Source of the DNA: a virus
Taxonomy: Duplodnaviria > Heunggongvirae > Uroviricota > Caudoviricetes
Virus record (IMG/VR): IMGVR_UViG_3300021387_000308
Coordinates: 38,037-102,036 of that record
Strand: one strand, 5' to 3'
DNA length: 64,000 nt
In this document: one piece after another, positions 55,769-64,000 of the stretch
Position numbering within the stretch: position 1 is the first letter of the stretch
Layout of the letters: every line of letters begins with the position of its first letter
The notes under the pieces: generated by a model
Databases searched by the model: none
The model's input: the letters and a program-made list of their open reading frames with translations, nothing else
Told to the model about the DNA's origin: nothing
Made by a program: the position numbers and the translations under genes

Positions 55769-56048
55769 CTTTCAACCTCGCCATGCTGCAAAAATCATCT
55801 GGGCCAGTATTGTTACCAAAAATTCTACTAAATGGTGATTTACTACATTCGCCATATTCAAACTGAGTACCTTGATATAAAACGCTACAATAGTGTTTAC
55901 AATCTTTACAATGGATAATTTCTTCGCTATGCAAATCGCACATCATTTTTCTCGCTTGAGAATAAAATCCGCGCTCACCATTTTCGATTGCGTCTTCAAA
56001 CTGATCTAAAATATCAAGAGCATCAGACTTGTTAATATATTCATTCAT
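55755..56048 (-). CDS. Cys-rich small protein (97 aa), CKDCKHY family
   Basis: HCKDCKHYCSVLYQGTQFEYGEC, paralogous to 48861..49157. Confidence 0.4.
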   Translation of the reverse strand: MNEYINKSDALDILDQFEDAIENGERGFYSQARKMMCDLHSEEIIHCKDCKHYCSVLYQGTQFEYGECSKSPFSRIFGNNTGPDDFCSMARLKDENL

Positions 56049-56428
56049 TCTATTACATCGACCTCTAATCCATACTGTTTCGCCAATTTAATCATATTTC
56101 TAGTTCCGCGACTTTCACCAATTGGAAATGCTATTAATATTCCCCTATCAGCTTCCGCAGCATATTTTGCCATTTGTTCATTACGGATTGGGCCAGCAGC
56201 TTTACCATATTTATCCCATTCAGCTGGGAATACTACTAATGGATAGCCATATGCTTTAGCAAACCTTTCGCCAAGTTTATCCGCTCCATTAGCATGACCG
56301 CTTATAATTTCAATAGGATTAATGGTATTCATAAGATGAACACCAAGTTCGTCCAGAGTCTTTAACATTTTTTCGTAGTCATTAAACTCTCGACTGCCAG
56401 CAATTATAATTCTTGTCATATTATTCAT
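56045..56428 (-). CDS. SLOG-superfamily (DUF2493/YpsA-like) protein, about 127 aa from MNNMTRIIIAGS
   Basis: AGSREFNDYE ... SGHANGADKLGERFAKAYGYPLVVFPAEWDKYGKAAGPIRNEQM. Track ORF 56045..56518 probably starts at the internal ATG, after the stop of the upstream gene at 56421. Confidence 0.5.
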   Translation of the reverse strand: MNNMTRIIIAGSREFNDYEKMLKTLDELGVHLMNTINPIEIISGHANGADKLGERFAKAYGYPLVVFPAEWDKYGKAAGPIRNEQMAKYAAEADRGILIAFPIGESRGTRNMIKLAKQYGLEVDVIE

Positions 56429-56642
56429 ATACCCCATACATAGACCCAACAAAAACAGCCGAATAAGACCCATCTTGTTTGACATCCACCACATATGTAC
56501 CAGCATGATATACATCAAAGTTTATTGATGCAATTGGCTTTGGAATATCAATTCCCACATTGTCACCAATACCGATTTTTTTAATGTTGTTATTAACATA
56601 TTCAGCCATCGTGTTCACTCTCACACTTCTTGTTTGGATCAT
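56421..56642 (-). CDS. hypothetical early protein (73 aa)
   Basis: Track ORF. Confidence 0.3.
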   Translation of the reverse strand: MIQTRSVRVNTMAEYVNNNIKKIGIGDNVGIDIPKPIASINFDVYHAGTYVVDVKQDGSYSAVFVGSMYGVYE

Positions 56643-56826
56643 CTATTGTATAAGTTGGCGGTTCATGATATTCACTCAATGGACAACCAGTTGGTCTTGT
56701 TGCTATATTAACCCAATCTGGGAATAATCTCATCGTGACTTTGCAACCTTGACCAGAAAAGAATGGACAAACCAGACACATATCTGGAAGATTCCAATCT
56801 TTAACTAATACACTCATATCAAACAC
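56602..56826 (-). CDS. Cys-rich small protein (74 aa)
   Basis: CLVCPFFSGQGC ... GCP. Confidence 0.35.
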   Translation of the reverse strand: MFDMSVLVKDWNLPDMCLVCPFFSGQGCKVTMRLFPDWVNIATRPTGCPLSEYHEPPTYTIDDPNKKCESEHDG

Positions 56827-56909
56827 CTCTCACATTCTATGTTTCAAAAGAGTTACTTTATCACCAAAGTCAATCGCTTTAACATTGCTGTTAATATATT
56901 CAGTCATTA

Positions 56910-57269
56910 TTAATCTCTCCTATTACATGCGTTCCAAACAAATTTTGATTCGGTATCTAAGAATTTCTGCATTCGTTTCTTTGGGAATAACGTAGAAAAA
57001 CATGTTGTTCCGAAACCACATCTTGATCCTTTAGGAAATATTTCCCATACTTGTCCATGCCAAGTCATTAATTTTTCTGAAAAGAACAATTTTAAAGAAG
57101 GTTTCTCGTAGCCCCAGAATGGAGATCTGCAATATTCACAAATATATCTTGTTCCATTAATATTTTTCTCTATCGTATATTTTTTGTAAAAATGATTAAA
57201 AAACCAATGAAGCAATTTATTGTTTGATCTAACATTGCATACAGAATAACTTGCGTAATTACTACCCAT
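56910..57269 (-). CDS. hypothetical early protein (119 aa)
   Basis: Track ORF; CEYC ... C cluster. Confidence 0.4.
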   Translation of the reverse strand: MGSNYASYSVCNVRSNNKLLHWFFNHFYKKYTIEKNINGTRYICEYCRSPFWGYEKPSLKLFFSEKLMTWHGQVWEIFPKGSRCGFGTTCFSTLFPKKRMQKFLDTESKFVWNACNRRD

Positions 57270-57393
57270 AAATTCTCCCCGTGAATACTATATCATTATA
57301 TCATATAACAGTCAATAGCATTTTAATAATTTATTTATTGCTAGATTCTCGTTTTATTAATTCCACTTAGTACAAGCTGTCTTTCCTACAAAT

Positions 57394-57711
57394 TCAACCT
57401 TTTGCATCTTTACCTCCATATGTGCAATTCAATAATACTTCACCAGGACTCATATATTCAAGTTCATCAGAAAACAATTTTGCAAAATCCACCGCTTTAT
57501 GTTTACTAATAATATATTTTATCAAATGTGGATCAACGTAATCCATAAGTACTGTTTCGAATGTGTAAAAATTAGATTTTTCAAAATCAACAGTACGAGC
57601 ATATGATTCCATTTCTGAAAAATGTAAATTAGGTATCGCCATCATTTCCAACAGCGGATGTGAAATAATATATTCCATCAGCGTTAATTTATCTTTTGAA
57701 ACATATAACAT
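57394..57711 (-). CDS. hypothetical early protein (105 aa)
   Basis: Track ORF. Confidence 0.4.
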   Translation of the reverse strand: MLYVSKDKLTLMEYIISHPLLEMMAIPNLHFSEMESYARTVDFEKSNFYTFETVLMDYVDPHLIKYIISKHKAVDFAKLFSDELEYMSPGEVLLNCTYGGKDAKG

Positions 57712-57716
57712 AATTT

Positions 57717-57938
57717 TTATACCACTTCGAATTCATATAGTTTGTTATCAACTGATTCCATAGACATCAATGGATCATCGAACTTTAATCGAAATATATG
57801 GAATCTCACATCTTGTTCTTTGCCATCTTTGTCTGCGGACAAAGTATTAAACCAAAGCTGTCCTGTGCCATCGCCGTTTGATTTCCACTCTATATTTCTT
57901 GCATTATAGATTGGTATATTACTAAGCATAAAATTCAT
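57717..57938 (-). CDS. hypothetical early protein (73 aa)
   Basis: Track ORF. Confidence 0.35.
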   Translation of the reverse strand: MNFMLSNIPIYNARNIEWKSNGDGTGQLWFNTLSADKDGKEQDVRFHIFRLKFDDPLMSMESVDNKLYEFEVV

Positions 57939-57964
57939 ATCATTACTCCCATCAAATAATCTTT

Positions 57965-58210
57965 CTATTGGTTTCTAAATTTTTCAATCCAGGCTGTTGC
58001 TTCAATAATATTTTTTGCAGATTTTCTTAAACGATCAATATCGTTAAATGCTATATCGATACTTGTGCAATGAGAAAACAACCCTTTCATGTCTATCAAA
58101 TCTCCAACTTCAAACTTCTTTTGATGCGAATATAGTCCTTCCATTGCCGCTACATCATCTTTGGAGGCTTCAAGAATAAAGCCATCATTTGTTTTACCAA
58201 TTATTTTCAT
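57965..58210 (-). CDS. hypothetical early protein (81 aa)
   Basis: Track ORF. Confidence 0.35.
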   Translation of the reverse strand: MKIIGKTNDGFILEASKDDVAAMEGLYSHQKKFEVGDLIDMKGLFSHCTSIDIAFNDIDRLRKSAKNIIEATAWIEKFRNQ

Positions 58211-58235
58211 TTCTATCTCCTATAGAATAATATTT

Positions 58236-58484
58236 TTATCTTTCAATCTGATCAATCATTTCTCTCAAGCAACGCAAAATATCGGCTCTTTCGTCATTTA
58301 AACCATTCAGTTGCTCTCCAACTGAAAACATTTGATTACAAAAGTTCGAAAAATTATATTTGCAAATTAATGCTAATTCATACAATATTTCTGCCTGTCT
58401 CTCAGCATCACTGTTCCAAAACTCATCAGCCATATCTTGTGGTGATGGCATAAATGATTCATCACTTATTATCACTCTCATCAA
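58236..58484 (-). CDS. hypothetical early protein (82 aa)
   Basis: Track ORF. Confidence 0.35.
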   Translation of the reverse strand: MMRVIISDESFMPSPQDMADEFWNSDAERQAEILYELALICKYNFSNFCNQMFSVGEQLNGLNDERADILRCLREMIDQIER

Positions 58485-58898
58485 TTCTTACCCCTAATCA
58501 AACAATCTTTTTTATTCTACATAAAATTTGCATCTATATTCTGCATGACAATCATCGCCAGGTGCATATAATTTCAACTCAAGTTCTTTACTAAAGATTT
58601 TTTTTGCCATCGATGTTGATGATAAATCCATCAACAATCATGTCATTACTTTCCACATTACAGAAAGTTTCTCCAATATCTTTAATTGTTGTCACTTCTA
58701 CTATTCTCCATCAAAAACTCTTTCTATCAACTGTCCAGCTACTCCGCATTTAAATATCTCTCAATCAACTTTTTGGTTTTATCACGAATTTCAATTGGTA
58801 TTGAATCATCGCCCATATACAAATCCATTACTTTACCAAATAACTCACCATTGGTATGTGATTCATCTATATATTGTTTGATTTGTGATCTAACATGA

Positions 58899-59171
58899 TC
58901 AAATGTCATTTTGTTCTCCTTTTATTTTATCGATATACTTCAGAATATCATCACAAACTCGTTCACCAATAATGGATTCTCCTATAGAACATAAGCTTCC
59001 ATCTGAGTAATAAACTTTACTGTCTTCAATATATTTAATCAACCTATGCAGCAAGTTACTATCATTCATTATAGCCTTGATCATACTGGCAGTTTCTGCA
59101 TCACAATAAATATCATGTCCATCTTGTTTGATTGCGATATCTAATTCTTCAATAAATTCATTAAGCGTCAT
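58899..59171 (-). CDS. hypothetical early protein (90 aa)
   Basis: Track ORF. Confidence 0.35.
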   Translation of the reverse strand: MTLNEFIEELDIAIKQDGHDIYCDAETASMIKAIMNDSNLLHRLIKYIEDSKVYYSDGSLCSIGESIIGERVCDDILKYIDKIKGEQNDI

Positions 59172-59280
59172 TTGTTCTTCTCTTCCATCCCCCAGCTACA
59201 AAAATCATCTGGTTTAGTTGCTTGCTCGGTTCCATCTACATTACGATGTTCTAAGCATGTCTCCACTTCATCGTAATAAT

Positions 59281-59472
59281 TTAATTTCCTCTGAACAAGT
59301 TCGGAAACATGTCCTTTAGTTCATTCTCTGTGAGTGTCTTGTCTACATCTACTGCATAATAGATCCACCAATCAACTTCGTCCCAAGCCTGTCCATCCAG
59401 AGGCCCATTGCGAATCTCTTCTTGTTCCATATGGGTAAAGAAATCAATATATTCTTGTTTTGTATATTTCAT
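59281..59472 (-). CDS. hypothetical early protein (63 aa)
   Basis: Track ORF. Confidence 0.3.
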   Translation of the reverse strand: MKYTKQEYIDFFTHMEQEEIRNGPLDGQAWDEVDWWIYYAVDVDKTLTENELKDMFPNLFRGN

Positions 59473-59535
59473 TCTGTCTCCTAGCTGTAATACATACTCC
59501 TGTTTTCATCACGGTAGTCATGGGTTATTGACTTA

Positions 59536-59808
59536 TTAATTATCCTCACAGCAATATAATCGCTTTCTTAAAATTTGTTTCATCCGACTCATATCTTCTA
59601 ATGATGGTATTGTTTGTTCGGCTGCTATTTCCAATGCTTTCAAATACGTCTTCATAACATCTCGGTATTCCGGGTACGAACCATTTTCTAATCGTTTCCG
59701 CACTTGTTCTTCTGTAGCGGGTATATAAAAATCCTCTCTCATAGAAGCAAGGCATCCACCGTCACCGCAAAAGCAAGTACAACACGGTTTGTCATTTGTT
59801 CCACACAT
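59536..59808 (-). CDS. Cys-rich small protein (90 aa)
   Basis: MCGTNDKPCCTCFCGDGGC. Confidence 0.35.
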   Translation of the reverse strand: MCGTNDKPCCTCFCGDGGCLASMREDFYIPATEEQVRKRLENGSYPEYRDVMKTYLKALEIAAEQTIPSLEDMSRMKQILRKRLYCCEDN

Positions 59809-59967
59809 GTTTTATTCCTCAATCATCATCCTCTATAATTTCATAATATCCACGAACATTATCACAGACCCATTGATCCGCTGCGTCTTGCAGTTCATCT
59901 TCCTGCATATTATCGGGAAATTCATACTCATCACTTTCATCGGCAGATGCAATGTAAAATACTACTT

Positions 59968-60222
59968 TCATAACTTCCTTCCACACTCCGGGCAGTACTT
60001 AGGGTAATACCATGCCCTGTCATCGCCTGATGCGGCTATATAATACTTACCGTTGCGTAGCACTCCCATGTATAATGTTGAAAAACCAGACTCGTCTGCA
60101 ATTTCTATCTCGTTATCCCAATAATATCCTTTATCATAAAAATCCAACTCGTCTTCACCTTGAATTATTTCTTGTTCGCAAAACTTACACATTCCGTTCC
60201 TCCAATGGCTTATTCTCCGCAT
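59968..60222 (-). CDS. zinc-ribbon small protein (84 aa)
   Basis: CKFC ... CPECG. Confidence 0.35.
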   Translation of the reverse strand: MRRISHWRNGMCKFCEQEIIQGEDELDFYDKGYYWDNEIEIADESGFSTLYMGVLRNGKYYIAASGDDRAWYYPKYCPECGRKL

Positions 60223-60379
60223 TGAATTTAAGCTCCATCTGATCAGCTAACAACAAATATAAATATGTCATTTCTAATAAATGTTTGTCCTTATGTACCC
60301 TCTCACACCACTCAGCCGTTCCCTTATTTGCATATTGCGTTCCGCATGTCTCACATTGGTATACTTTTATTTCTTTCAT
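60185..60379 (-). CDS. zinc-ribbon small protein (64 aa)
   Basis: CETCG ... C. Confidence 0.35.
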   Translation of the reverse strand: MKEIKVYQCETCGTQYANKGTAEWCERVHKDKHLLEMTYLYLLLADQMELKFNAENKPLEERNV

Positions 60380-60483
60380 TATCTATTACCACTCAACTGT
60401 TCTGCTTACTTTAATCTTCGGCTCCCGGTTACCCCAATCTTCAATGAATTCTTCTAAATTAATTTCTGGTGTTTTTGTAGTTA

Positions 60484-60885
60484 TCATAATAATTTGATTT
60501 CTCCATACACTAAATCATCATTGGCAACTATCGTATAACCATCATAATTTCCTATTAATCCATATTTTTCTTCTGAACATTTTTTGTCATCAATAGTCTG
60601 GAGATCAATAGTCTGGAGATCTCCAGCGGTTTCATTCGACATACAAATAATAGGTTTATGATAACACTTGGAATATTCATGAATTTTATCAGCTAATAAC
60701 TGTTCATGTAACTTTCCTCTAATGTTAAACTGCTGCTCATACTGTGTTGGAGTATTTTTAACTGCTCTTTTAGCAAAATTAAATGCATCAATAATTTCTT
60801 TAGCACGACTTGATTGCATACAATATGAATCAAGTGCCATAGCCAATGTACTATCAAGGGCTTCAATTACATCTTTTTTATTCAT
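60484..60885 (-). CDS. hypothetical early protein (133 aa) containing an in-frame 5-aa tandem duplication (DLQTIDLQTID)
   Basis: Track ORF; 15-bp tandem repeat at 60589-60618. Confidence 0.4.
   Translation of the reverse strand: MNKKDVIEALDSTLAMALDSYCMQSSRAKEIIDAFNFAKRAVKNTPTQYEQQFNIRGKLHEQLLADKIHEYSKCYHKPIICMSNETAGDLQTIDLQTIDDKKCSEEKYGLIGNYDGYTIVANDDLVYGEIKLL
60589..60618. repeat. perfect 15-bp tandem duplication (atcaatagtctggag x2), running into the 14-nt palindrome ctggagatctccag
   Basis: Read directly from the sequence; in-frame within the 60484..60885 gene. Confidence 0.6.
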
Positions 60886-61213
60886 TATTAACCTCCATGA
60901 TCATCTTCTTTAACACTTTTCCAAACCTAAACCTAGGTTTTCTTAAATAAGTTAGCGGACTATTTTTTGTCTGCAATATTTCGTGGCATGTTTTTAGTTG
61001 TTGTTCTTTTATGTGATTTGATAACTCTTCCATAGCAAGTTGTACTTCTAATGATTTTTACACTTGTTTAAGCTGTTCATATTGATGATTTAATATTTGA
61101 TTATAATCCAGAGATATATTATCAAACACTGCCCCACAATATTCACATTTATTGCCAATTATTGATGCTCCGCAATTTGGGCAATTACTTATAAGCATAA
61201 AAATACCTCCATA

Positions 61214-61411
61214 TCAGAATAAATACGGTTCTTCTTCCATCATTTGCTGTTGCATATAATCATTCATTTCTTGTTCGTACCGTTCTCTGGCGGCGGCATC
61301 TTGGAGTTCTTCCCACGCTTCTTGCTCAGTAAGTTCTCCACGCTGAACCGCTCCGTCAAGTCTGTTTTCGAGATCATCCAATGTTGTATATCCAGTCCCA
61401 CAGTAAATCAT
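61214..61411 (-). CDS. hypothetical acidic small protein (65 aa)
   Basis: Track ORF. Confidence 0.3.
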   Translation of the reverse strand: MIYCGTGYTTLDDLENRLDGAVQRGELTEQEAWEELQDAAARERYEQEMNDYMQQQMMEEEPYLF

Positions 61412-61438
61412 TTTATCTTCCTCCTAAAATAATAATCA

Positions 61439-61675
61439 TCAAAATTGTATCCATATACGCCAACAGCGACACATTGTGCCAGCCTTAATTAAAAATCTAT
61501 CTTGATTATTATATTCTGGCACATTATAAACCAATACCGTTTCGCATCTCATCCAATCTTCAACCGATCTTGGTATCTTGATTTTTTGTGTGGATCTATC
61601 AATAACATAGATCGAATTATTCCATATATCTTCGCTCGTTTCAAAATCTTGTATCTTTTCTGAATTTCTCCACAT
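61439..61675 (-). CDS. hypothetical early protein (78 aa)
   Basis: Track ORF. Confidence 0.35.
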   Translation of the reverse strand: MWRNSEKIQDFETSEDIWNNSIYVIDRSTQKIKIPRSVEDWMRCETVLVYNVPEYNNQDRFLIKAGTMCRCWRIWIQF

Positions 61676-61702
61676 AATATCTCCTATAAAAAAACCACTT
61701 TA

Positions 61703-62053
61703 TCAACTACCCAGCTGCTTCCATAATCCTTTATTCATAAGTTCATCTTCCAGCCTTTGATAACAAGGTGTTCCACCATCTACATATAAATATCTAAATA
61801 AAACGCATAATGCTCCGTCAAGAGTTGGCTCATTAGCAGTAAAATTTGGAACTTTTACTTGATACCAGAATCCATGCCGAAATGAAAAACATTTATACAA
61901 ATAAGTATCTATTCTATAATTAAATCGTTCATTAGAAGATACTCCCCATCCGTCAGTAATAGTTGCCCAGTAATGATGAAGCTGCTTCTTCCAGATTTTA
62001 TCACGTTTGATATATTCCCACTTCATTTTTATCTCCATCAAAATCTCATCCAA
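61703..62053 (-). CDS. hypothetical early protein (116 aa)
   Basis: Track ORF. Confidence 0.4.
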   Translation of the reverse strand: MDEILMEIKMKWEYIKRDKIWKKQLHHYWATITDGWGVSSNERFNYRIDTYLYKCFSFRHGFWYQVKVPNFTANEPTLDGALCVLFRYLYVDGGTPCYQRLEDELMNKGLWKQLGS

Positions 62054-62294
62054 GATTTTTCATTCCGCAAAGTCCAAACCATCCAATAGGAGCAATTATA
62101 TCTCCATCTTTTTTACTAAACGAAACCGTAAAATCTTCTTTTGTATCAATAATTCTAAATCTTTTTTGAATGGTGTCTGTATTATCTGGCTGCGTATACA
62201 TATCATCGAATGCCCACTCCACAGCATTTCTAATAGTATTAAAATACCTCGTAGAATCCAGACAACCGGATCTAGTGTAAGGAATAATTATCAT
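62046..62294 (-). CDS. hypothetical early protein (82 aa)
   Basis: Track ORF. Confidence 0.35.
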   Translation of the reverse strand: MIIIPYTRSGCLDSTRYFNTIRNAVEWAFDDMYTQPDNTDTIQKRFRIIDTKEDFTVSFSKKDGDIIAPIGWFGLCGMKNLG

Positions 62295-62500
62295 AATATT
62301 TCTCCTTATTAATAATTCATTTTATTGTTATTTCGTCTAAAATAGTCATGGTACTAATTTTATATTCCAAAGCCTTAATCGCGACCTTGATTAATTCTGG
62401 ATTAATAGTACCGACAAATAAATGATTATTTTTTTCTATGTCATTGTATAAACTTATGAGTGTTTCAAGTGCTTTTTCGTCTGTCATTATTTACCTCTCA

Positions 62501-62962
62501 TCAGAACTCTATTGCGTCTTTTATAAATTTCTCGTTAAATCCTTCTGCTTTTAACTGATTAACATAAGCTTTTAAATCATATATAAATTTAGTTAATTTA
62601 TCTTTCCAATACTGTTCAGAATAATTGTCTGCATTAACGGTTCTAACAACAATCAACTCTTCCCAAATGCCACTGTAATTACTATAATAATTATAATTAT
62701 AATCTGATTCACAATCTTTCCAAGATCTTGCAATCAGTTTTTCTTCTTTGTTTGGATACCATTTAAGTTCTATCCTAATTTTGTATTGTTTTTCTATAGC
62801 ATCATCGTCCGATATATCATATTCTTCAACAGTAACATGATCGTTTGCTAACCATTCTGCATATTCATTGGCTTTATTCTTATCTATATAAACACGATTT
62901 ATGCAATAATCAGAATAGATCCCAGAAGTCACTATATATACTTTCATACGCCTCACCATCAA
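62501..62962 (-). CDS. hypothetical early protein (153 aa)
   Basis: Track ORF. Confidence 0.4.
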   Translation of the reverse strand: MMVRRMKVYIVTSGIYSDYCINRVYIDKNKANEYAEWLANDHVTVEEYDISDDDAIEKQYKIRIELKWYPNKEEKLIARSWKDCESDYNYNYYSNYSGIWEELIVVRTVNADNYSEQYWKDKLTKFIYDLKAYVNQLKAEGFNEKFIKDAIEF

Positions 62963-62971
62963 AAACTCATT

Positions 62972-63361
62972 TTATGACCACATACGAACAAGCTTATTCA
63001 TTTTCTTGGTAAATAGTTTCATCTCGTTATATGTTAGTCCAACACAAGTATTTCCAATCAATTTGTCATCAAAAAGACTAGGGCAATAACTTTGAAGAAT
63101 ATGTTCTCCTGATTTTTTATGTAAGATTGCTACCGTTTGTTCATATACGTCTTCTTCATCATCAGAATCTTTCCATCTCTTGTAGACTATTCCGTATTTA
63201 TCATTCTTGATAACTCTAAAACCCAAGTCTTCAATTTTTTGATCTATCGTTTTAAACATATTTCTGCTCCATCCAAAATTAACTTTATTCACCATAATCA
63301 ATATCATAATACTCAGTATGAGTAACTTCGCTCGGAACTCTTTCGTACTCCATGTATCCAT
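62972..63361 (-). CDS. hypothetical early protein (129 aa)
   Basis: Track ORF. Confidence 0.4.
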   Translation of the reverse strand: MDTWSTKEFRAKLLILSIMILIMVNKVNFGWSRNMFKTIDQKIEDLGFRVIKNDKYGIVYKRWKDSDDEEDVYEQTVAILHKKSGEHILQSYCPSLFDDKLIGNTCVGLTYNEMKLFTKKMNKLVRMWS

Positions 63362-63521
63362 GTTCTTGGGAGAATTCGCCCCTTAAATATTTTTCAGCAT
63401 CTATTTTGGTAGTAAAATCTAATGGTTTGTGATCATAAAAGTGGATCGTCCAAACTTCATTTAAAATCTGAAACTCTGTATCATTATGTTTAACTAATTT
63501 CATATGTTGTTTACCTCTCAA
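63285..63521 (-). CDS. hypothetical early protein (78 aa)
   Basis: Track ORF (overlaps the previous ORF; true start uncertain). Confidence 0.3.
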   Translation of the reverse strand: MRGKQHMKLVKHNDTEFQILNEVWTIHFYDHKPLDFTTKIDAEKYLRGEFSQEHGYMEYERVPSEVTHTEYYDIDYGE

Positions 63522-63719
63522 TGAAAGAATCGTTTCATTGGACTTTTCTCATAATTTCAACTTCATGAGTGACATCGCCATCCCAAACTTTGACAATCTC
63601 AATCCCTTTATTTTCAAGCATTTCTAGCACCCAATTTAGCAATTTGCTGTCCGTACACGAAATTTTTCCATCCCATTCAACTTTTTGCATTTTTTACCCC
63701 CAATGAAATTACTGTTTCA

Positions 63720-63992
63720 TTACCAGTTATATTCAACAGATGCCTGACGAATCATTAAATCTGTATATAATTTATTATTCTTAGGTGGATGAGCCAAAAA
63801 CAAATGTGCGACCATTTGAGAATCAAATTTTGCAGCCTCCTCAATATTGTCAGTAAAATTCCAATCTTTAGTACAAAACATTGTTTTTGCTACTTCCTCT
63901 ACCTCGCCAGTACATATACAATCTGAAATTAAAATATAAAATTTTCTAAATGTCCTCATCAAATAACCCCGCTTTATAATTCTTTCCCGCAC
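63720..63992 (-). CDS. hypothetical early protein (90 aa)
   Basis: Track ORF near the window edge. Confidence 0.35.
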   Translation of the reverse strand: MRERIIKRGYLMRTFRKFYILISDCICTGEVEEVAKTMFCTKDWNFTDNIEEAAKFDSQMVAHLFLAHPPKNNKLYTDLMIRQASVEYNW

Positions 63993-64000
63993 TCTGGACA

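Noticed and set aside
58686-58898. + strand ORF 58686..58898 in the early operon
   Set aside because: The region is better explained by two short minus-strand ORFs (unlisted, under 60 aa) co-oriented with all neighbouring genes.

Overview
AT-rich (roughly one-third GC by eye) 64-kb slice of a large tailed bacteriophage genome, in the unintegrated arrangement lysis - attP-like region - integrase - early genes. Nt 1-38102 (+ strand) is a late module: two giant fibre/adhesin genes (2895 and 1286 codons), LamG-type and beta-helix-repeat fibre paralogs, fibres ending in S74-type chaperone domains, a membrane-protein/holin cassette, a multidomain peptidoglycan hydrolase and a NifS-type cysteine desulfurase. 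Every one of these genes is intact only if TAG is read as a sense codon. A paralog alignment shows TAG sitting where the sister copy has CAG (Gln). Nt 38604-64000 (- strand) is a densely packed early module in the standard code, with TAG used as a stop: tyrosine integrase, SPFH protein, dUTPase, a class II ribonucleotide reductase split by a LAGLIDADG intein, and about 50 small ORFs including HPr-like, EF-Ts-N-domain, SLOG and many zinc-ribbon proteins. No tRNA, rRNA or CRISPR array was found in the window, so the suppressor tRNA that this code implies must lie outside it. The ORF track breaks late genes at TAG; the late-gene coordinates below are re-joined models.
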